Below are positions 58,448 to 64,000 of a stretch of DNA of 64,000 nt, piece after piece (position 1 is the stretch's first letter; the number at the start of each line of letters is the position of its first letter). Location: the IMG/VR virus record IMGVR_UViG_3300032307_000797. One strand, 5' to 3'. The notes under the pieces were generated by a model. That model worked only from the letters and a program-made list of their open reading frames with translations. It was not told the origin of the DNA and ran no database searches. The position numbers and the translations under genes were made by a program. The DNA comes from a virus.

Positions 58448-58891
58448 TTATAGTTGATATGTTAAGTAAGTTGTTTCCAATTCTCTTGAAGATAAAATGG
58501 TGGTTAAGTCCGCCAAGTATCTTTTCAGATGGGGACGAATGTCTACCGTGTATCTTACCTTTGGATGGAAAGTATACGCGGGAAACACTCTTTGAATAAA
58601 TACATCGTCCCCCATCTTAATTTCAAGCAAAAAGTTTTCTTTTTCCCCTTCTTCCAAGGGTTCTGCACTGTCCAAACCGTAAAAATATTCACGATTTTCG
58701 TAAAGATAATCCGAAGTTTTTATTTTCAAATCATCAAAAATTTCGCCACAAATTTCTTTTACATAATAATGTAAATCCATCGAGCGACGAGCTTTAGGGT
58801 TGTGTCCTTTAACGTTGAAATAACGCTGAACGACGATGTTTCCTTCAAGAGTTAAAAGGAATTCGAATTTAGTTAAATCTTGATTAGTCAT
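58448..58891 (-). CDS. Hypothetical protein in the replication operon
   Basis: 147 aa between the exonuclease and helicase genes. Confidence 0.8.
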   Translation of the reverse strand: MTNQDLTKFEFLLTLEGNIVVQRYFNVKGHNPKARRSMDLHYYVKEICGEIFDDLKIKTSDYLYENREYFYGLDSAEPLEEGEKENFLLEIKMGDDVFIQRVFPAYTFHPKVRYTVDIRPHLKRYLADLTTILSSRELETTYLTYQL

Positions 58892-59906
58892 TGGTTTTAA
58901 TTTTAATAATCTTTTTATTTTTTTCTTTTCTGGTTAATCTGAGGAATGGATTAAGGAAGTTAATCCAAGCATCATCTGATTTAGGGAGCAGAAGGAATAT
59001 TCCATCCTCCATCATCATCTTCATAGTATTCTTATATGACCGTCCTTCGGGGTCTAGGGGGTCGGTTATTAAAGAGTTTATTGACTCCTTCGCCTCGTCT
59101 GTTAAGAACGGGTCATCAAGACTTACAATTCTATTGTTTACATCGAAAAACTCCTCACCAAGAACTCCATATTTGGTCACTCCTGTGAGCAAATTGGTTA
59201 CAAGACGATTATCCTTATCTTCTTCAAAAAGGTCGTTAAAACGTCCTCTAATGAATTCTATGGTGAGTGGTTCGGTACGTAGTTCGGGTACCATTGTGAG
59301 TAATCTTCTAACACCTAAGTTTTTAATACCTGCGATGTTGTCGGATGGGTCTCCACATAACATTTTGACCAATTTGATATTTTCGATTCTAATCTCTTCG
59401 TGGTCATAAACAAACATATCGTTGGGTTGATACAGTTTACTATGTGAAGGATTAAACAATTTGGTATTTTCAGATACGAGTTGGGTTAGGTCTCCGTCGG
59501 ATGAATAAATAATAATATTCTCCTTTTTTGAATTTTGACTATAATATGCAACAGCATCATCTGTTTCACAATAATCATATTCACCTTGTCTCACAAACAA
59601 CTCCTCGAGATATTGTTTTACCCTGTTTCGTTGCTGTCCGTATGCGTGAACTTGTTCTTCGGTTCTAACCCGTTCTCTTCTATTTTCTTTGTATTGATGG
59701 TAATATCTCTTGCGAGATGATGAACCTTCTTTTCCATCCCAAAAAACAACTACTTTGTCTAATCTATGAGTCTCAATCGCTCTGCGTAGGGTATTGATAA
59801 AGTGGTATAACCCACCAATGTGATTACCCTTATGAAAGTGATTTTTGAGTCCAAAAAAACCGATGGTTAACAAGTTGTCACCATCGACCAATAAAACATT
59901 AGACAT
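58884..59906 (-). CDS. 5'-3' exonuclease/flap endonuclease (T4 RNase H-like)
   Basis: LLVDGDN, VFWDG, YKENR, ETDD, SSDGDLTQL, GDPSDNIAGI. Confidence 0.93.
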   Translation of the reverse strand: MSNVLLVDGDNLLTIGFFGLKNHFHKGNHIGGLYHFINTLRRAIETHRLDKVVVFWDGKEGSSSRKRYYHQYKENRRERVRTEEQVHAYGQQRNRVKQYLEELFVRQGEYDYCETDDAVAYYSQNSKKENIIIYSSDGDLTQLVSENTKLFNPSHSKLYQPNDMFVYDHEEIRIENIKLVKMLCGDPSDNIAGIKNLGVRRLLTMVPELRTEPLTIEFIRGRFNDLFEEDKDNRLVTNLLTGVTKYGVLGEEFFDVNNRIVSLDDPFLTDEAKESINSLITDPLDPEGRSYKNTMKMMMEDGIFLLLPKSDDAWINFLNPFLRLTRKEKNKKIIKIKTND

Positions 59907-59935
59907 TTCGTCTTTTACAATTATTCGTTAAACAA

Positions 59936-60967
59936 TCAATCTTCAGTATCCTCTTCTACTATCGGTTCAAATTTGATATCTGTTACACTTGATACCGTTT
60001 CACCGAATAGTTTACTAACATAATCAAGATGTTCTTTAATGTAAAGTTCTCTTGATGTTTTTTCTTCTGCCGACTCCTTTGCTTTCATGAACCCATGAGG
60101 AGTGACCATAATCTTACCATCACCAAACTGAATACCGTTTACGTGATTCTTCATCACAGTAATCTTACTTCTTGTTGCGATAGTAATGGTTCTTTTGTTT
60201 CTTGTGATTGGAATTTTGGTTGTGCCAGCGTTTTTCTCATTACCAAAACGGAACACCAATGTTGAGTTCAACCAAACAGATTCTCCACCTTTAGCTTTGA
60301 TTTTTGGTTGTTCGTATGGGTTACTTGGTAATTCAACCCATGGTTGGTTTACAATCACAAGTGTATTTGTGTGAGGTTTATCAGACCTTCTTGAACCTGA
60401 GATACGTTGGTTGATACCCATACCAATTTTATCTGATAGAACAGATGCGTTGTGTTGTTTACCACCTTTACCTTCCCAAGTCATCTTACATGGAACTGAA
60501 CCAACAGAATCCCATAGGAACAATAAATCGTAAGGGATATCACCTTTTTCCTGAGCATCCATCATTTCATTGATGAAGTCGGTAATTTGTTCGATGTATT
60601 CAAAATCATTTCTGAAAATGAAATTACCCGTAAATGTGATTTCACCTGTTGATGGGTCAACTTCTTCTTCTACGGGAATACCCATAATATTAGCGTGTTC
60701 AAAATTGAACTTCTGTTCAGTAATGATGAACACGGGAAGAATGTCCTTTTTAATGGCATCAGCAGCAGCCGCTAACAATGCGGTAGTTTTACCCGTATCA
60801 GAGTGACCCAAGAACATATTGATATGTCCAAGAGCAGGACCCGGTAAACCCGTCGCATCCAAAAACGCATCACCTAAATCCAAAAACCTATCGGGTTTGT
60901 AGGTCATTTTACTTGAGTACTTGGATGTTATACTCGAAATTGAAAAATCTTTTTTCTTAATTGCCAT
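59936..60967 (-). CDS. uvsX: RecA/UvsX recombinase
   Basis: GHSDTGKTT, FIITEQK, LWDSVGS, IVNQPW, KGG, KNHVNG. Confidence 0.88.
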   Translation of the reverse strand: MAIKKKDFSISSITSKYSSKMTYKPDRFLDLGDAFLDATGLPGPALGHINMFLGHSDTGKTTALLAAAADAIKKDILPVFIITEQKFNFEHANIMGIPVEEEVDPSTGEITFTGNFIFRNDFEYIEQITDFINEMMDAQEKGDIPYDLLFLWDSVGSVPCKMTWEGKGGKQHNASVLSDKIGMGINQRISGSRRSDKPHTNTLVIVNQPWVELPSNPYEQPKIKAKGGESVWLNSTLVFRFGNEKNAGTTKIPITRNKRTITIATRSKITVMKNHVNGIQFGDGKIMVTPHGFMKAKESAEEKTSRELYIKEHLDYVSKLFGETVSSVTDIKFEPIVEEDTED

Positions 60968-60980
60968 ATTGATATTTTTT

Positions 60981-61033
60981 AAAAAGGAACACCCTCAAGG
61001 ACAAAATGTCCAAGAGAGTGTCCTTGAGGTTTT
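60981..61033 (-). terminator. Terminator/antiterminator-like structure between SSB and uvsX
   Basis: Overlapping inverted repeats with two mutually exclusive folds (see finding). Confidence 0.6.
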
Positions 61034-61891
61034 TTAGAACGGTAAATCGTCGTCAGTGGCGTCTTCTGCCTGAGGGTCAACCACAGGAGTTGAAGGTGTA
61101 ACATTTACAGGAGGTGACATCAATGTGGTTTCTTCTTCTGAATTAGAAACCCATTTTTTATTTTCTGAATCCCATTTTGGAACTTCACCTTTAGCAATCA
61201 TTTCCAAATACTCTTCAGGTTTCTTAGAGTAAACATCAGACCACGTCAATTCATCATTAACCCAAGTTTGTGCAACACTACTATCAGTATGTAGTGGTGA
61301 AGCATCTTCAGGGATGATAGATGTGATTGTGGTGTACTCACGACCATTACCTGCTTTAGTTAAACCTAAAGTAATGATAAGGTCACGACCTGTGTTCATT
61401 TCAGTAATATCACCTTTGTTTTTGAATAGTGGGAAGATTTTATCGAGAACTCCCTCACCTTTACTGTTGTGTTTAAAACGCCAGAATTTAACACCATCCT
61501 GTTCGTTTTCTCTATCGATAACTTTTACAATGTAAAATTTACGAGCTCTGTACTGACGAGCAAGAACCTTATCGGATTCCAAACCTGTCATCTGAAGTGC
61601 ATCATATACCTCATTTAAAGGTGAACGCTTACCTTCTTGTTTAGGGTCGTAAAGTTTTACCCAATTTCCATCAACTTGTACTTCATGGAAATACGCCTCT
61701 TTAAAAGGAGAGGTACCATCTGTCGTAGGTAGGATACGAATACGTTTCTCACCACTACGAGCACCTTTCGGTAGAAGTGTAGTAAAATACTTCTTTAATC
61801 GGTCTTCTTGCGAAACCTTGTTAGCATTGTTGCCGCCAGCGGCTTGTTTGTTCTTTTCGTACTGTGCCAGTACTGCATCAAATGTGGACAT
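61034..61891 (-). CDS. Single-stranded DNA-binding protein (gp32-like)
   Basis: RIRILP...PF...FH, YIVKVIDR, GRDLII, acidic C-terminus DDDLPF. Confidence 0.88.
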   Translation of the reverse strand: MSTFDAVLAQYEKNKQAAGGNNANKVSQEDRLKKYFTTLLPKGARSGEKRIRILPTTDGTSPFKEAYFHEVQVDGNWVKLYDPKQEGKRSPLNEVYDALQMTGLESDKVLARQYRARKFYIVKVIDRENEQDGVKFWRFKHNSKGEGVLDKIFPLFKNKGDITEMNTGRDLIITLGLTKAGNGREYTTITSIIPEDASPLHTDSSVAQTWVNDELTWSDVYSKKPEEYLEMIAKGEVPKWDSENKKWVSNSEEETTLMSPPVNVTPSTPVVDPQAEDATDDDLPF

Positions 61892-61918
61892 AAATCTTAA
61901 TTTTAAGTTGTTATATAT

Positions 61919-61936
61919 AAAGTATACGAAAAAAAA
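61919..61936 (-). promoter_or_regulatory. Putative early/middle promoter of the replication operon
   Basis: Minus strand T-tract-CGTATACTTT. Confidence 0.55.
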
Positions 61937-61956
61937 ACCGGATTAAAAAATCCGGT
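61929..61956 (-). terminator. Intrinsic terminator
   Basis: Minus strand ACCGGATT-TTTT-AATCCGGT followed by a long T run. Confidence 0.8.
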
Positions 61957-61988
61957 CTTAAAGTTTTTCAAAAAAGTTTCGAGGAGTC

Positions 61989-62363
61989 TTACTCTAATGT
62001 TAAAAGATACAAAAGTTTATTCAATAAACCAAGCATCTCATCCTTTAAATTCAATAAATCAGTATCTCTCTTAGGGTCCAAATCTTCGGTAAACTCAATT
62101 ATTGCATCAATACAAACCGAAACCATATCTTTTGGATTCATTTCGGATAAGTTTATAAGTTTTATATTATTAGTTTCATCATCCAATACAAACCTTCCAT
62201 ATTTACCCATAGAAATCTCAACAAACTCGTCGATTAAATCTGAAAGTTCGTCGTGTGCCTTACCAAACGCTTTGTGTCGAGCAAGACCTTTAGTTTGCCA
62301 ATGGTTGATTTTTAATTGTAATTGTAAACCTAATAAAAAATTTACTTTAGAAGCTAAATTCAT
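61989..62363 (-). CDS. Ferritin/Dps-like four-helix protein (DUF5856-like)
   Basis: KINHWQT...RHKAFG...DLIDEFVE...LNKLLYLLTLE. Confidence 0.8.
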   Translation of the reverse strand: MNLASKVNFLLGLQLQLKINHWQTKGLARHKAFGKAHDELSDLIDEFVEISMGKYGRFVLDDETNNIKLINLSEMNPKDMVSVCIDAIIEFTEDLDPKRDTDLLNLKDEMLGLLNKLLYLLTLE

Positions 62364-62991
62364 CTTGTTCTTCGTCTTGTGGGTTGAATGTGTCTCTTAT
62401 TGTTTCTTGTGAGTAGTTTTGAATATCGTCCTTAGTTAATACATACTCATTCTTACCACTCGCTCTCATCTCTCCTTGCTTTTGTGCAAAGAATTGTTGA
62501 GGGTTTTGGTTGAATGGGTATGAATCTAATGAACGCATCTGTAATCTTTCTTCAGGAGTTGGTTCTTTAACTTGTTCAATCTTACTACCTAACTCGTCGA
62601 TTTTAGCCATTACCATATCCATGCTAGATAACTTCTGCTCCAAATCATTTAATTTGGTGAATACATCATCCATTTTAGTGATTACTCCCTGATGTTCACC
62701 CTTAGTGTCATCAAGGTCATTCTTAATAGATTTTGTCATGTTAACTAAATCGGTAATATCCAATTCTTCGACATCTGATTCCGCAGGTGCCGCTTCAGGT
62801 GCGGGTGCCCCCATTTCAGGTGCCCCTCCTTCAGGTGCTGGTGGTAATTCTCCTGCCGGTGGTTCAATACCAGGTTCAGCCGGAGCTTCGGGAGCCGGAG
62901 GTAACTCTTGCTCGTTCATTAATTTTCTCGCGTACTTATTGATTTGGTTAAAACGAGCAACCTCTTCTAAGAGTTTCTTTTCCAATTCCAT
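62347..62991 (-). CDS. Acidic Pro-rich coiled-coil protein (putative head/scaffold-associated)
   Basis: LLEEVARFNQINKY N-terminus, PAPE repeats, coiled coil. Confidence 0.75.
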   Translation of the reverse strand: MELEKKLLEEVARFNQINKYARKLMNEQELPPAPEAPAEPGIEPPAGELPPAPEGGAPEMGAPAPEAAPAESDVEELDITDLVNMTKSIKNDLDDTKGEHQGVITKMDDVFTKLNDLEQKLSSMDMVMAKIDELGSKIEQVKEPTPEERLQMRSLDSYPFNQNPQQFFAQKQGEMRASGKNEYVLTKDDIQNYSQETIRDTFNPQDEEQDEFSF

Positions 62992-62995
62992 AGTT

Positions 62996-63199
62996 TTAAT
63001 CTTGTAATAATTGTCTTCCGTCTTCGGTTATGAATTTTTTATTTATTCTTTCAACAATACCATCCTTACTTCTGATGATATAACATTCACCAGTACGTAA
63101 GTCACACTCTTCTCTCTCCATACCATCGTTAGAAACGTTCTTTACGTTCTTCGGTGCCATGTAGTTGTTAAGTGCACTATTTAATTTTTCGTTATTCAT
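62996..63199 (-). CDS. Small hypothetical protein (start revised to MNNEK at 63199)
   Basis: ECDLRTGEC motif; TATTTATA at 63212-63219 lies inside the longer ORF call and just upstream of ATG 63199. Confidence 0.7.
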   Translation of the reverse strand: MNNEKLNSALNNYMAPKNVKNVSNDGMEREECDLRTGECYIIRSKDGIVERINKKFITEDGRQLLQD

Positions 63200-63210
63200 A
63201 GTATTTTCTT

Positions 63211-63408
63211 TTATAAATATCCAAGAAATGGTAAAATCCATGAAAAAACTACCGCTCTTATTAATAAATAACTAATACAGGAAATATTCAACTGCCACAT
63301 AATCATGGTGATTTCGTCAATAATACTTTCTATTGGGTGTTTCCTCACATAGAAGTATCTAAAAAGGACAACCCACATTAAAATGTTAAGAAATGCGGTT
63401 AATGTCAT
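63211..63408 (-). CDS. Possible small two-TM protein
   Basis: ATGA coupling to the upstream stop; two hydrophobic segments. Confidence 0.45.
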   Translation of the reverse strand: MTLTAFLNILMWVVLFRYFYVRKHPIESIIDEITMIMWQLNISCISYLLIRAVVFSWILPFLGYL

Positions 63409-64000
63409 GACATCTTAAAGTATATCACTTCACCTTCGTGAATACCTAACTCTGACATTAATGCCGGTGACATACCCATTCCATATCCATCAACCTTCGG
63501 TCCCACTGAAATCGGTCCCTGTACGGATAATGGTCCAAGATTACTATCTAATTGATAACTAGGACTTAGGGTCAATGTTTTACCGTTCTTTGGGTTTTTA
63601 AATTGAGTGGTTGCAGTTCTAATTTTAGATGCATTGGCTGTACTAAGTTGAAATCTAACATTATAGAACTTCATACTCGAACCACTAACATCTGACCATT
63701 TAATACCTTCTGCAACATTAAATGTGGTCCCACTCTCAATTGGGTATTTTTCTCCGCCCATCTTAACAACAATCGCTCTTAACCAAGTTTCACCATTATT
63801 ATCAATCTTTTGAATGGATGGTTCATTATTATATCCATTATACGGTACCCCAAACTCGGTGATACCAACTTTGGGTGATGATTTAGTAATGTCTTCTCCC
63901 GATACGGTAACCGAACCCATATCCGTCGTATATGATACACCGTTGTAAACCACGGGTTTTTGTGTATCGGTTTTAGTTGATTCTTGTTGTTTCAATATCG
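63405..64000 (-). CDS. C-terminal part of a larger protein (5' truncated); ends in an RlpA/double-psi-barrel-like motif
   Basis: Frame open to the window edge; GMGMSPALMSELGIHEGEVIYF. Confidence 0.6.
   Translation of the reverse strand, partial: ILKQQESTKTDTQKPVVYNGVSYTTDMGSVTVSGEDITKSSPKVGITEFGVPYNGYNNEPSIQKIDNNGETWLRAIVVKMGGEKYPIESGTTFNVAEGIKWSDVSGSSMKFYNVRFQLSTANASKIRTATTQFKNPKNGKTLTLSPSYQLDSNLGPLSVQGPISVGPKVDGYGMGMSPALMSELGIHEGEVIYFKMS

Noticed and set aside
53622-60967. Introns or inteins in nrdA, nrdB, helicase or uvsX
   Set aside because: All are continuous and of ordinary length, with no intein or homing-endonuclease motifs seen
63200-63241. Longer start (MDFTISW) for the 62996 ORF
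   Set aside because: The late promoter motif lies inside this extension; ATG 63199 fits better
1-64000. tRNA, rRNA, integrase or transposase genes
   Set aside because: Intergenic gaps are short and AT-rich, and no cloverleaf or recombinase/transposase motifs were recognised by eye

Overview
A gene-dense, AT-rich 64 kb segment of a large (jumbo-type) T4-like myovirus. Its host is most likely a Bacteroidota bacterium, inferred from a Bacteroidota-type SigA and ClpP, an Hc1-like protein, a DUF6576-like tail, a Q-rule signal peptide, TAnnTTTG-like promoters and the lack of obvious Shine-Dalgarno sites. Nearly all genes are on the minus strand. From right to left the window holds: a replication/recombination block (gp32 SSB, UvsX/RecA, 5'-3' exonuclease, DnaB/gp41 helicase, nrdB, nrdA); a ~25 kb baseplate/fibre module (gp25, gp6-like, large virion proteins, four Thr-Pro/Cys-rich proteins including one of 2810 aa); RuvC, primase, a PD-(D/E)XK exonuclease and SbcD/SbcC; ClpP, envelope or lysis-like genes and a sigma factor; acidic putative head proteins; a Dam-family MTase, AAA ATPase and Trx/Grx; and a receptor-binding cluster (Mtd_N/C1q fibres, three LamG proteins) ending in a truncated glycosyltransferase-like gene. 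The main observations are: (1) a strongly enriched [S/T]-G-x-[S/T] motif in virion proteins, with mucin-like TP stalks and a DxD glycosyltransferase-like gene, suggesting sequon-directed virion glycosylation; (2) an A10G slippery site giving a 69-codon -1 extension of a membrane protein; (3) two promoter classes that track gene function, the late one being the reverse complement of the T4 late promoter; (4) two small RNA elements with alternative folds; (5) an Mre11 C-terminal-like segment apparently moved onto Rad50; and (6) strong GATC avoidance despite a Dam-family gene. No tRNA, rRNA, CRISPR array, integrase or reverse transcriptase was seen. All calls are by eye, without database searches.
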